A stretch of DNA of 64,000 bases from Pseudomonadota bacterium (lineage in GTDB: Bacteria; Pseudomonadota; Gammaproteobacteria; Acidiferrobacterales; Acidiferrobacteraceae), in contig JAJYDT010000001.1 of assembly GCA_021777335.1 (NCBI GenBank), positions 13,295 to 77,294 on the forward strand, read 5' to 3'. A program made the position numbers and the translations under genes. This document shows positions 11,774 through 21,455 of this stretch, in pieces. Positions within the stretch are counted from its first letter, which is position 1. Each line of letters opens with the position of its first letter. A model generated the notes under the pieces. The model made no database searches, was not told where the DNA came from, and saw nothing but the letters and a program-made list of their open reading frames with translations.

Positions 11774-12301
11774 ATGAAGGTCTGCATCCTGTCGGACAGC
11801 CATGACCATCGGGATCTGCTGATTCAGGCGGTGCGGGACGCAAAGGAACGCGGGGCAGAGGCGGTGCTGCACTGCGGGGATGTCGTCGCGCCGAGCACCC
11901 TCGGGACGCTCGTCGAGTTCGGGCTTCCGGTGCATGTTGTTGAGGGTAACAATGGCGGGGACATCTTTCATCTGTGTGCGTTGCGTACCCAGACCGATGG
12001 CCTGATCCAGTTCCACGGCCGTGATGCCCGTCTCACGCTTGCAGGCCGCCGTGTCTTCCTTGTGCATTTTCCTCATTATGCCTACGGCATGGCATGCACG
12101 GGTGACTGGGATCTGGTGTGCTGCGGGCACGACCATCGTTTCGAAAGTCGGCGTGTTCCGACGGTCATGGGGGGCGAGACGGTACTGCTCAATCCGGGTA
12201 CGGTCGGTGGCGTTGGTGCTCCTCCAAGCTACGTTTTTGGCGATCTGTCATCAATGGATTTCGCGCTTCAGCAATTTGCCGAAGCGCGAAATCCGGCCTG
12301 A
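11774..12301 (+). CDS. YfcE/MJ0936-type metallophosphoesterase
   Basis: Start re-picked to ATG 11774 (MKVCILSDSHDH...HCGD...GNNGGD...CCGHDH), 9 nt after the hppA stop. 175 aa. Confidence 0.8.
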   Translation: MKVCILSDSHDHRDLLIQAVRDAKERGAEAVLHCGDVVAPSTLGTLVEFGLPVHVVEGNNGGDIFHLCALRTQTDGLIQFHGRDARLTLAGRRVFLVHFPHYAYGMACTGDWDLVCCGHDHRFESRRVPTVMGGETVLLNPGTVGGVGAPPSYVFGDLSSMDFALQQFAEARNPA

Positions 12302-12309
12302 TACCCCGC

Positions 12310-12780
12310 TTATTTCGGCATGCCGCCGGCGTCGACGGGCTGTCCCTTGGCGAGGGTATGCAGATAGGCCACCATATCCACCATGGTTTTGCTGCCAAGC
12401 GCGGGCGGCTGTCCGCCAAGACCGCCCTTGATGCAATGCTGGATCTGCATCGCAAGTGTCACGACCCCGTGCGCCATGGGATTGTAGCGCGGGAATATGG
12501 CAGCGGCGTTGACGAGACTCGGTATCCGCGCGCCGTTCGGTAACCGTCCAGCGACGCGCCCACCGCCCAGATGACAGGTCTCGCACGTGACCGGGACGCC
12601 GTGCATGCGTCGGTGACCGCCGAAAGTGTCATGCCCGAACAGATATGCCCCGCGGTGCGCGGCCTCGGCCAGCGCCTTGTGGGCGACCGCAGGATTCATC
12701 TTCATCATGGCACCGGCCGGCAACGCGACCGTGAGTATCAGACTGCCGGCGAGCGCCGACGCGAGTATGGTTTTCTTCAT
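12310..12780 (-). CDS. monohaem c-type cytochrome with signal peptide
   Basis: N-terminal signal (MKKTILASALAGSLILTVALPAGA) and a single CETCH haem motif. The C-terminal part resembles SoxA/TsdA-type domains (inference). Confidence 0.8.
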   Translation of the reverse strand: MKKTILASALAGSLILTVALPAGAMMKMNPAVAHKALAEAAHRGAYLFGHDTFGGHRRMHGVPVTCETCHLGGGRVAGRLPNGARIPSLVNAAAIFPRYNPMAHGVVTLAMQIQHCIKGGLGGQPPALGSKTMVDMVAYLHTLAKGQPVDAGGMPK

Positions 12781-13113
12781 GATTCTTGCCCCTTTTCCTG
12801 GATGGACTGAGTGACCGGGATTGAACCCGCCGTTTCTGCAGTACCTAAATATAGCCTCGTACCCCGAGAAAGAACACGGCCGGACGGGGTCCGGTGCTCA
12901 TTCTTCGCGAACGGCGCCATCGGCGGGGCCGGGGTAGAGGGTCTGGACTGCTGCGGATCAACCAGAGAAGTGGCATAAGTACGGTGAAATACCACATGTG
13001 TGGGCTGCGATTCACCACGCGCCATCGTCGCCGTGGTCTCGTCCGGATCGATGGGGAAGCCCATAGCGATGCAACACGCATTGGTCTTGGCCCGCCTCCG
13101 GCGGGTCCCCGCC

Positions 13114-13135
13114 AGTGGCCGATCAGATGGCCACT
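13114..13135. promoter_or_regulatory. 7-bp perfect inverted repeat upstream of arnT (candidate operator)
   Basis: AGTGGCC-gatcagat-GGCCACT, 56 nt upstream of the arnT ATG. It is preceded by a second small hairpin, CCCGCC-tcc-GGCGGG, at 13091-13105. Confidence 0.3.
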
Positions 13136-13190
13136 TTCCGGCCAAGTATGCTAACCTCCGCCAACTTTATGGCTCTGCAACGATAGTGTC

Positions 13191-14873
13191 ATGACCATAC
13201 TCCGCGGCGCGCCGCCCTCCGAAAGCCGCGCGTGGGCCCCTGATCTCTGGCGCCTGGCACTCGTTCTCGGGCTGCTTTTCAGCCTGTTGCTCGGAAGCCG
13301 GCCGCTCAGCGCGCCAGACGAGGCGCGCTACTCGGAGATCCCGCGTGAGATGGTGGCGACAGGCCACTACATCACCCCTCACCTGAATGGGGTCACCTAC
13401 CTCGAAAAGCCGCCGTTGTTCTACTGGCTGCAGGCGGTGTCGATAAAGCTCTTCGGCCTGAGCGAATGGTCCATGCGTCTTTGGACTGGTCTGTTCGCCT
13501 GGATCGGATGTCTTGCGACCTATGCGGTCGGCCGTTTCCTGTTCGATCGCCGGACCGGCATCCTTGCTTCGGTCATCCTCGCTACCTCATTCCTGTATTA
13601 CGGCATGAGCCGCGTGGTGACGCTGGATATGGCCGTATCCGTGCTCATTACGCTCACACTGTACGCGTTTCTCGTCGCCCTGCGTTTCCCGATGGGGCCC
13701 GTGCGCCGTCGGTTCATGTGGGCCGCATTTGCCGGCGCTGCCCTGGCCGTGCTTACCAAGGGTCTGATCGGTATCGTATTTCCCATGCTGATCATCGGCG
13801 TATGGATCCTCATGCTCAACCGCTGGCGGCTCCTCACCGAGATCTATCTTCCGACCGGGTTTCTGTGGTTTTTCGTCATTGCGGTACCTTGGCACGTGCT
13901 GGTGCAGATGCACAACCCGGAATTCTTCCATTACTACTTCATTCACCAGCAATTCTCGCGCTTTCTTACACCCATTTCCCATCGTCCCGGACCCCCGTGG
14001 TACTTTGTGACCGTGGTCCTGCTCGGGTTTTTTCCATGGAGCCCGTTTCTCTTCCAGGCCGTGGCTTCCACGGTTGAATTCGGCCGAGAGGCACGGCAAC
14101 ACCGCGATCTCGAACTGTTCCTGTTTCTCTGGGCCGTGTTGATCTTTCTGTTCTTTTCCGCGTCCCACTCCAAGCTCATCCCGTACATCCTGCCCATATT
14201 CCCGGCCCTTGCACTATTGGTAGGCCGCTACTTCGCGCGGCAGTGGGACAGACCCCCGACACGTGGGCTGAATACCGGTTATTGGATCCTCGCAATCAGC
14301 GGCATGGTGCTGTCGGTCGTCATCTACTTTGTGCCGAAGTTCCGCCCGTCACTGCACCCGCACTCGCTCGTGATTTTTATGCATGTGCTTTCGCTTATCC
14401 TTGCGCTGACCTCAATCACGGCGGCGGTACTCGGTGGGCGGCGCGGTCTGCCTGCCGCCGTGGTGGCTGTTGTCGCGGGATTCTCCGTGTTCCTGGTGAC
14501 TCTGAACGCGGCGATGCCTGACCTTGATATCCGGTCGATCAAGCCGCTTGCGCTTGCGCTCAAACAGCGCCTCAAGCCGGGCGACGAGGTGGCAAGCTAT
14601 CATGCGTACTATCAGGACCTGCCGTTTTACCTGCGCCGCATCGTCACTGTGGTCAACTGGCGGGGGGAGCTTGGCGAGGGGCTCAAATACGGACACTACC
14701 CCTGGATGATCCGCGGACCGACGTTCTGGAAGCAGTGGTCCAGCCACCGCACGATCTACATGATGACGCCCCGACAGGAGTATGACCATCTGCTCCCCGA
14801 TCACCGGAACATGTACGTCGTACTTCAGAATCCTTACAATGTTGTGGTATGCAACAAAAAACCGGTGTCATGA
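13191..14873 (+). CDS. arnT: 4-amino-4-deoxy-L-arabinose (L-Ara4N) transferase, GT39/ArnT family
   Basis: 560 aa polytopic protein with the PDEARYSEIPREM...YLEKPPLFYW motif typical of ArnT/PMT-like glycosyltransferases. Confidence 0.88.
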   Translation: MTILRGAPPSESRAWAPDLWRLALVLGLLFSLLLGSRPLSAPDEARYSEIPREMVATGHYITPHLNGVTYLEKPPLFYWLQAVSIKLFGLSEWSMRLWTGLFAWIGCLATYAVGRFLFDRRTGILASVILATSFLYYGMSRVVTLDMAVSVLITLTLYAFLVALRFPMGPVRRRFMWAAFAGAALAVLTKGLIGIVFPMLIIGVWILMLNRWRLLTEIYLPTGFLWFFVIAVPWHVLVQMHNPEFFHYYFIHQQFSRFLTPISHRPGPPWYFVTVVLLGFFPWSPFLFQAVASTVEFGREARQHRDLELFLFLWAVLIFLFFSASHSKLIPYILPIFPALALLVGRYFARQWDRPPTRGLNTGYWILAISGMVLSVVIYFVPKFRPSLHPHSLVIFMHVLSLILALTSITAAVLGGRRGLPAAVVAVVAGFSVFLVTLNAAMPDLDIRSIKPLALALKQRLKPGDEVASYHAYYQDLPFYLRRIVTVVNWRGELGEGLKYGHYPWMIRGPTFWKQWSSHRTIYMMTPRQEYDHLLPDHRNMYVVLQNPYNVVVCNKKPVS

Positions 14874-15235
14874 CGTACTTTCCGCTTATCCTCGTGGGCG
14901 TGCTGCTGAATGCCGGCGCGCAACTCCTGCTCAAGGAGGGGATGCGCCGCATTGGCCATTTCAGTTTTGCCTGGGATAATGTGGTCCCGGTGGGCATCAA
15001 GGTGATCAGCAACACCTTCGTGCTTGGGGGCCTGTCGTTCTACGTGGTGAGCGTGGTGGTCTGGCTGCTCGTCTTGTCACGCGTGTCGGTGAGCTTTGCG
15101 TATCCGATGCTCAGCATCGGATACATCGTCAACGCCATCGGCGCCCGTTTTCTGTTCGGTGAGACGCTGTCCGTATGGCGCATCACGGGCATTCTTGTCA
15201 TCATCACCGGTGTTTTCCTGGTCGCACAGAATTAG
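14870..15235 (+). CDS. small EamA/SMR-like membrane protein (ArnE/ArnF-type flippase subunit)
   Basis: 121 aa with 4 TM segments. ATG 14870 overlaps the arnT TGA (ATGA). Only one such gene is present. Confidence 0.75.
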   Translation: MTYFPLILVGVLLNAGAQLLLKEGMRRIGHFSFAWDNVVPVGIKVISNTFVLGGLSFYVVSVVVWLLVLSRVSVSFAYPMLSIGYIVNAIGARFLFGETLSVWRITGILVIITGVFLVAQN

Positions 15236-15252
15236 CACCTATCGGGGCTTCA

Positions 15253-16422
15253 ATGGCACGGAATAACGGGACAGGCGATTTTATGCCGTTTTCCCGGCCA
15301 TCGATCGGGCCGGATGAGATACGCGAGGTGACCGCGTGTCTTGAATCCGGATGGATCACGACCGGTCCTCGCGTTCAGCGTTTTGAACAGGCGCTCGCGG
15401 AGTATCTCGGTGCGCCGCATGTGCTTGCACTCTCGTCAGCCACCGCCGGACTGCACCTGGCCCTGCTGGCGCTTGGTCTCGGGGAGGGCGATGAGGTGAT
15501 CACCACCCCGCTGACGTTCGCCGCCACACTCAACACGATCGTGCTCGCGGGCGGCCGGCCGGTGCTGGTCGACATCGACCCGGGCTCCCTGAATCTGGAT
15601 GTCATGAAGATCGAGGCCGCCGTCACCGCGCGGACAAAGGCAATTGTCCCGGTACACTTCGCGGGACGTCCCGTGGATCTTGACCCGCTATATGACCTCG
15701 CGGCGCGCCATGGCCTGCGGGTTGTGGAAGACGCGGCGCAGGCGATCGGCGCCGAATATCGGGGGCGCCGCCTGGGGGCGTTTGGAGATATACAGGTGTT
15801 CAGTTTTCACCCCAACAAGAACATCACCACGGGCGAAGGGGGATGTGTCGTCACGCGCGATCCGGCGGTTGCCAAAATCGTATCGACCCTGCGCTTTCAC
15901 GGGATCGACCGGGAGGCATGGACGCGCCATGCGAAAGGCGGTAGTCCGCACTACGCCGTGGTGGCGCCCGGGTTCAAGTACAACATGATGGATATCCAGG
16001 CGGCTCTCGGTATCCATCAGCTGCCGCGTCTGGACGGGTTCAACCTCCGTCGGCGGGTGCTTGCGGAACGCTACCAGCAGCAGTTGCAAGACTGGCCCGA
16101 GTGGACATTGCCGGGCAAGAGCATGTACCCGCACCGCCATGCATGGAATCTCTATACCCCGCTGATCAACCCGGTGGCCGCTGGTATGGACCGAGACACC
16201 TTCATGCAACGCATGACCGACTGCGGCATCGGCACGGGCCTGCACTATCAGGCCATTCATCTGCACCCGTATTATGCCGAACACTTCGGTTTTCGCCGCG
16301 GTGATTATCCGGCTGCGGAGGCAGCTTCCGACCGCATCGTGAGCCTTCCACTCTTTCCGGATATGACCGACGCGGATCAGGACCGCGTGATCAGCGCCAT
16401 GGCCGGGCTCTTTCGCCGATGA
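15253..16422 (+). CDS. arnB: UDP-4-amino-4-deoxy-L-arabinose--oxoglutarate aminotransferase (DegT/DnrJ/EryC1 family)
   Basis: MPFSRPSIG...ITTGPRV..F...SSATAGLHL...HPNKNITTGEGG pattern. Start re-picked to ATG 15253. Confidence 0.88.
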   Translation: MARNNGTGDFMPFSRPSIGPDEIREVTACLESGWITTGPRVQRFEQALAEYLGAPHVLALSSATAGLHLALLALGLGEGDEVITTPLTFAATLNTIVLAGGRPVLVDIDPGSLNLDVMKIEAAVTARTKAIVPVHFAGRPVDLDPLYDLAARHGLRVVEDAAQAIGAEYRGRRLGAFGDIQVFSFHPNKNITTGEGGCVVTRDPAVAKIVSTLRFHGIDREAWTRHAKGGSPHYAVVAPGFKYNMMDIQAALGIHQLPRLDGFNLRRRVLAERYQQQLQDWPEWTLPGKSMYPHRHAWNLYTPLINPVAAGMDRDTFMQRMTDCGIGTGLHYQAIHLHPYYAEHFGFRRGDYPAAEAASDRIVSLPLFPDMTDADQDRVISAMAGLFRR

Positions 16423-17360
16423 GCCGGCCGTATCTCAGCGTGATCGTTCCGGTCTATAACGAGGAAGAGAACCTCGAGACCCTGTTCCGTCGTCTGACCG
16501 CGGTCCTGGACGGCATGGGCCGACGCTACGAGATCATCATGACCAATGACGGATCGGCCGACAGTTCCGGAGTGCTGCTTCACCGTCTGTATCAGCAACG
16601 GCCTGATGTCCTGCGCGTTATCGAGTTCAATGGAAATTTCGGGCAGCACATGGCGATCATGGCTGCGTTCGAGCGCGTACGGGGAGAGATTGTCGTCACG
16701 CTCGATGCCGATCTGCAGAATCCGCCGGAGGAGATACCGAAACTCATCGCCCTGGTCGAGCAAGGTTACGATGTCGTGGGCGGGTATCGAAAAAACCGGC
16801 GCGACACGTGGTTCCGGCGCACGGCATCGCGCATCATCAATGCCGTGAGGGCACGTATCACCCACATCGAGATGCGGGATCAGGGATGCATGCTCCGCGC
16901 GTACCGCCGCCGGGTCGTGGACCAGGTCGCGAGCAGCGGCGAGGTCTCCACGTTCATCCCCGCGCTCGCCTACAGCTTCGCCTCCAACCCCACCGAGGTC
17001 GAGGTCGAGCACGTGGAGCGTATCCGCGGACAATCGAAATACAACCTTTACGCCCTCATACGGCTGAATTTTGACCTCATGACGGGTTTTTCGGTGGTTC
17101 CGCTGCAACTCTTCACGTTCTTCGGGTTTGTGGTGTCATTGCTGAGTTTCGCGTTCGTGGTCTATCTGTTCATCCGCCGGCTGGTCATTGGCCCGGAGGT
17201 CCAGGGCGTCTTTACGCTGTTTGCCATCCTTTATTTCCTGGTCGGGATTGGCATCCTGGGACTCGGGATGATCGGCGAATATATCGGTCGCATCTATCAG
17301 GAGGTGCGTCGTCGGCCGCGGTTTACGGTGAAGGAAATCCTGCAGCAGGACGATGACTAG
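16419..17360 (+). CDS. arnC: undecaprenyl-phosphate 4-deoxy-4-formamido-L-arabinose transferase (GT2)
   Basis: LSVIVPVYNEEENL...DADLQNPPEEI GT2 motifs plus C-terminal TM segments. ATGA overlap with arnB. Confidence 0.88.
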   Translation: MSRPYLSVIVPVYNEEENLETLFRRLTAVLDGMGRRYEIIMTNDGSADSSGVLLHRLYQQRPDVLRVIEFNGNFGQHMAIMAAFERVRGEIVVTLDADLQNPPEEIPKLIALVEQGYDVVGGYRKNRRDTWFRRTASRIINAVRARITHIEMRDQGCMLRAYRRRVVDQVASSGEVSTFIPALAYSFASNPTEVEVEHVERIRGQSKYNLYALIRLNFDLMTGFSVVPLQLFTFFGFVVSLLSFAFVVYLFIRRLVIGPEVQGVFTLFAILYFLVGIGILGLGMIGEYIGRIYQEVRRRPRFTVKEILQQDDD

Positions 17361-18267
17361 CGACGCACCGATCGTCGTTTTCGGATACCATGATGTCGGC
17401 GCTGCGTGCCTTGATCTGCTGCTCAAGCGCGGCGAACGCGTGGCGGCGGTGTTCACGCACGAGGATGATCCGCGGGAAGAGGTATGGTGGAGATCGGTGC
17501 GCGAAATCGCGAGATCCGCCGGTGTCCCGGTGTACACGCCCGGGGATCCGAATGACCGGGTGTGCGCGGAGCTGGTACACAGGCTCCGCCCGGCGCTGAT
17601 ATTTTCATTTTATTACCGCCGGATGCTGGGTCCGGAGCTGCTCGGTGCGTCGCGAGGCGCCTTCAACATGCATGGGTCACTGCTGCCTCGTTACCGCGGG
17701 CGCGCACCCGTCAACTGGGCAATATTGAACGGCGAGAGGCGCACGGGCGCCACGCTCCACGCCATGGTGCGCAAACCGGATGCGGGCGCAATCGTCGATC
17801 AGGAGGCCGTACCGATCGGACCGCGCGATACCGCGCGGCAGGTGTTCGACCGTGTCACTGCGGCGGCGTGCCAGGTGCTCGCGCGCAGCATCGACTCCCT
17901 GAAGGAGGGGCGTGCGATCCTGCGGCCTCAGGATGAATCGCAGGCGAGCTATTTCGGCGGACGAACGCCGGAGGACGGTCGCATCGACTGGGCCTGGCCC
18001 GCCTCGCGCATCTTCAACCTGATCCGGGCCGTGACGCATCCGTATCCCGGGGCGTTCACGACCATCAGGGGCCACCGTTTGTTTCTGTGGTGGGGGGAGC
18101 CGCGGGCAGGGCATGGCCGCCCCGGCGAGATCCTCTCGCTCAGACCGCTTGTTGTCGCAACCGGCAGGGATGCAATCGAGCTTGTACGGGTGCAATGGGA
18201 GCATGAGGTGGAGATGGCCGCAGACGCGGCGTCGGGTTTTGACGTCGGGCTTCTGTGCGGTGACTAG
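17353..18267 (+). CDS. arnA: UDP-L-Ara4N formyltransferase (stand-alone ArnA N-terminal domain)
   Basis: Fmt-like fold (IVVFGYHDVG...SFYYRRML...NMHGSLLPRYRGRAPVNWAI). 304 aa, overlapping the arnC end. Confidence 0.85.
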   Translation: MTSDAPIVVFGYHDVGAACLDLLLKRGERVAAVFTHEDDPREEVWWRSVREIARSAGVPVYTPGDPNDRVCAELVHRLRPALIFSFYYRRMLGPELLGASRGAFNMHGSLLPRYRGRAPVNWAILNGERRTGATLHAMVRKPDAGAIVDQEAVPIGPRDTARQVFDRVTAAACQVLARSIDSLKEGRAILRPQDESQASYFGGRTPEDGRIDWAWPASRIFNLIRAVTHPYPGAFTTIRGHRLFLWWGEPRAGHGRPGEILSLRPLVVATGRDAIELVRVQWEHEVEMAADAASGFDVGLLCGD

Positions 18268-18303
18268 ACCAGTGTTGTTATGCCTTTTCGGAGAGATTGC
18301 GTC

Positions 18304-19341
18304 ATGGCCCTACGGGTATTGATTCTCGGCGTCAACGGTTTTATCGGCAGCAGTCTGACAGAATACATCCTGGCCAACAGGGACTGGGAAGTCTATGGCA
18401 TGGATGTGGCTTCCGACAAGGTTTCCGAATGGATCGACCACGAGCGTTTCCATTTCGTCGAAGGCGACATCACGGTCAACAAGGAGTGGATCGAGTATCA
18501 CGTGAAGAAGTGCGACGTCGTGCTTCCGCTGGTGGCGATCGCGACGCCCGCAACCTACGTGCTTGACCCGCTCAGGGTGTTCGAACTCGATTTCGAGGCG
18601 AATCTCGCGATCGTCCGCCAGTGCGTGCGGTATCAGAAGCGGGTGCTCTTCCCGTCGACCTCCGAGGTCTACGGCATGAGTACCGACAGGGAATTTGACG
18701 AGGAAGCGAGCAACTTCGTGCTTGGGCCGATCCACCGTCAGCGCTGGATCTACTCGTGTTCGAAGCAGCTCATGGACCGTGTGATCTACGCGTACGGAAC
18801 AAAACAGGGGTTGCGCTTCACGCTGTTCCGTCCGTTCAACTGGATTGGACCCCGGCTCGACAACATACTGGAGCCGAAAGAGGGAAGCTCCAGGGTCCTT
18901 ACCCAGTTCATCGGTAACATCCTGCGGGGCAGTGAAATCCAGCTCGTGGACGGTGGCAACCAGAGGAGGAGCTTCACCTACATAGATGACGGGATCGACG
19001 CCCTGGACCGGATCATAGAAAACCGGGACGGTGTCGCCGATGGACGCATTTTCAATATCGGAAACCCCGGGAATGATGTCTCAATCCGGGAGCTGGCGGA
19101 GCTCCTGGTGCGTCTCGTCAAGGAGTACCCGAAGTACGCTCCGCTCGCGGAAAAGGTCCGCATCGTCACGGTGAAGTCGGCAGACTATTACGGCCAGGGT
19201 TACCAGGACATCCTGACGCGCGTACCATCGATCCGCAATGCCGCGCAGCATCTTGGCTGGCATCCGCGCACCGATCTGACGACAGCGCTGCGCAAGACCC
19301 TTGACTACCATCTTGGGCGTCCACACCAGACGCTCTATTGA
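18304..19341 (+). CDS. arnA: UDP-glucuronate oxidative decarboxylase (stand-alone ArnA C-terminal domain, SDR)
   Basis: [13 protein letters not shown] Rossmann motif, STSEVYG and YSCSK catalytic motifs. Start re-picked to ATG 18304. Confidence 0.85.
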   Translation: MALRVLILGVNGFIGSSLTEYILANRDWEVYGMDVASDKVSEWIDHERFHFVEGDITVNKEWIEYHVKKCDVVLPLVAIATPATYVLDPLRVFELDFEANLAIVRQCVRYQKRVLFPSTSEVYGMSTDREFDEEASNFVLGPIHRQRWIYSCSKQLMDRVIYAYGTKQGLRFTLFRPFNWIGPRLDNILEPKEGSSRVLTQFIGNILRGSEIQLVDGGNQRRSFTYIDDGIDALDRIIENRDGVADGRIFNIGNPGNDVSIRELAELLVRLVKEYPKYAPLAEKVRIVTVKSADYYGQGYQDILTRVPSIRNAAQHLGWHPRTDLTTALRKTLDYHLGRPHQTLY

Positions 19342-19342
19342 C

Positions 19343-20299
19343 GTGCACGGTCCACGGGTCGCCATCAAGGTCGACGTCGATACCGATCGGGGCACGGCAG
19401 TTGGTGTGCCGGCGCTCGTCGACATCTTCCGTGTCCGAAATCTGCGTGCCACATTCCTGTTTTCGCTCGGACCCGACCATACGGGGCGGGCCATTCGCCG
19501 GATCTTCCGTCCGGGTTTCTTCCGCAAGGTGCGTCGCACGCGCGTGGTCGGAACCTACGGACTGCGCACGCTCCTGAATGGCGTGCTTTTGCCGGGCCCC
19601 CATATCGGCCGCCGCCACGAGGTGTTGCTGCGCCGCGTGGCGTCTGAGGGACATGAGGTTGGTATTCACTGCTACGACCACATCCGTTGGCAGGATGGAT
19701 TGAAGGGCATGTCAAAAGACCAGGTATTCGCGGAATTCGACAAGGCGCGGCGTGAGTTCGAGCGCATATTCGGTTATCCGCCAAAGACCGCGGGCGCCGC
19801 TGGCTGGCAGGCAAATGCGCATAGCCTGGAGGCGTATGACCGGAGCGGCCTTCGTTACGCGAGTGATGCGCGCGGTACCGGACCGTTTCTCGCGCACGCC
19901 GGGGGGCATGTGTTTCGCGCGCTCCAGCTACCCACGACGCTGCCGACGCTTGATGAACTGATCGGCCGCCCGGAATATCCCGAGGAGGCGCTGGCGCCTC
20001 TCTACATGTCCCTGATCGGGCAGGGGCAGAGCAACGTGCTGACGGTGCATGCCGAGATCGAAGGCATGGTCCGGAGCGCATGGTTTGCCGGACTGCTGGA
20101 TCGTCTTATTGAGCGTGGCGTGAGGATCGAGACGCTGGCGGAACTCGCGGCGCGCGTCCGCACCGATCAGGTGCCGGTGTGCGACCTGGTAGATGGCGAA
20201 GTCCCCGGGCGTTCCGGAACACTTGCGGTGCAGGGGGCAGACCTGCCCCGCATGAAGACCGCCACTGCAGATGCCGCCCCGGTGCCCCGTATTCCGTAA
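19343..20299 (+). CDS. arnD: 4-deoxy-4-formamido-L-arabinose-phosphoundecaprenol deformylase (polysaccharide deacetylase family)
   Basis: VAIKVDVDTDRGT...ATFLFSLGPDH...GIHCYDH is ArnD-like. GTG 19343 lies 2 nt after the previous stop. Start uncertain. Confidence 0.82.
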   Translation: MHGPRVAIKVDVDTDRGTAVGVPALVDIFRVRNLRATFLFSLGPDHTGRAIRRIFRPGFFRKVRRTRVVGTYGLRTLLNGVLLPGPHIGRRHEVLLRRVASEGHEVGIHCYDHIRWQDGLKGMSKDQVFAEFDKARREFERIFGYPPKTAGAAGWQANAHSLEAYDRSGLRYASDARGTGPFLAHAGGHVFRALQLPTTLPTLDELIGRPEYPEEALAPLYMSLIGQGQSNVLTVHAEIEGMVRSAWFAGLLDRLIERGVRIETLAELAARVRTDQVPVCDLVDGEVPGRSGTLAVQGADLPRMKTATADAAPVPRIP

Positions 20300-20304
20300 C
20301 GCGT

Positions 20305-20327
20305 CGCGGGCGCATGAAGCGCCCGCG
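20305..20327 (+). terminator. stem-loop after arnD
   Basis: CGCGGGCGC-atgaa-GCGCCCGCG (9-bp perfect stem), 6 nt after the arnD TAA. The U-tract is weak. Confidence 0.55.
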
Positions 20328-20413
20328 TCCTGCCAGAATTTCCGGGGTTCAACCCGCAGCGGCAGATGATTTTCCACAGACAGGAATACAGCCGGGGCTG
20401 TGGGAAGGAGTCC

Positions 20414-21403
20414 TTAGGGGGCCGTCATGTCTTCATGTGGCGCGGGGGTCATACCGAGCTGTTCAAGCAGTCTCTGGTCGCGGCGCGCATCGGGATTCGC
20501 AGTCGTCAATAGCTTATCGCCATAAAAGATGGAGTTGGCTCCGGCGAAAAAGCACAAAGCCTGGAGCGCATCATCCATGCCCTCGCGTCCGGCTGACAGT
20601 CGTACGACGCTCTTCGGGAGCGCGATGCGGGCAACGGCGATGGTGCGTACGAACTCGAGCGGTTCCAGGGACGGTCCGTCCGCAAGCGGCGTACCTGGTA
20701 CACGCACCAGCATATTGATAGGGACGCTTTCCGGCTGTGGGTCGAGTGCCGATAGTACGGCGATGAGCCCGGCGCGGTCCCTGCGGCCCTCGCCCATGCC
20801 CACGATCCCTCCGCAGCATACCTTGAGGCCGGCGGCCCGGACGCGCGCAAGCGTATCGAGCCGGTCTTCATATCGGCGCGTGCTGATGATGGAACCGTAG
20901 AACTCGGGCGAGGTGTCGAGGTTATGGTTGTAGTAATCAAGGCCCGCGGCCGCGAGCTGTTCTGCCTGGCCATCCCGAAGCAATCCCAGTGTGGCGCAGG
21001 TCTCAAGCCCAAGCGCGTGCACGGCGGCCACCATCTTGAGCACTGGTTCAAGGTCGCGCGTCTTCGGGCCCCGCCAGGCGGCGCCCATGCAAAAGCGTGT
21101 TGCCCCGCTCTCTCTGGCGGTCCGGGCTGCGGCGACCACCTCCTCGAGGTCAAGTAATGTCTCGCCGGCAGATCCGTGGTGGACCGACTGTGGGCAATAC
21201 CCGCAATCCTCAGGGCACCCCCCGGTCTTGATCGACAGGAGCGTACTCAGCTGCACCTTGTTGGGATCGAAGTGGGCCCGGTGCGCGAGGTGCGCGCGGT
21301 GCAGCAGGTCGTTGAAGGGCTGCTCGAACAGCGCTTCGATATCGTCAATCGTCATGGGCGTGCTCACCACGGGCACGCTAGAAGAATCCAGATTTATTGT
21401 CAA
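20414..21403 (-). CDS. bioB: biotin synthase
   Basis: Radical-SAM [11 protein letters not shown] and the downstream BioB pattern ([22 protein letters not shown]). Start is ATG 21403 or 21355. Confidence 0.93.
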   Translation of the reverse strand: MTINLDSSSVPVVSTPMTIDDIEALFEQPFNDLLHRAHLAHRAHFDPNKVQLSTLLSIKTGGCPEDCGYCPQSVHHGSAGETLLDLEEVVAAARTARESGATRFCMGAAWRGPKTRDLEPVLKMVAAVHALGLETCATLGLLRDGQAEQLAAAGLDYYNHNLDTSPEFYGSIISTRRYEDRLDTLARVRAAGLKVCCGGIVGMGEGRRDRAGLIAVLSALDPQPESVPINMLVRVPGTPLADGPSLEPLEFVRTIAVARIALPKSVVRLSAGREGMDDALQALCFFAGANSIFYGDKLLTTANPDARRDQRLLEQLGMTPAPHEDMTAP

Positions 21404-21455
21404 CCGATCGAACGCGCACGGTTGACGCGAAGGGCCATGGATCTGGAGGCTGGAG

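Noticed and set aside
12805-12890. tRNA-like T-arm on the minus strand (GGCGGGTTCAATCCCGG...CCA)
   Set aside because: The T stem has an internal mismatch. No complementary 5' acceptor strand (CTGAGTG), D-arm or anticodon arm lies within the preceding 75 nt. It is not a tRNA or tmRNA end.
12777-13145. 122-aa minus-strand ORF upstream of the cytochrome c gene
   Set aside because: No SD is present, the sequence is Arg/Pro/Thr-rich and non-protein-like, and it overlaps the cytochrome gene start. It was treated as intergenic (arn / cytochrome divergent promoter region).
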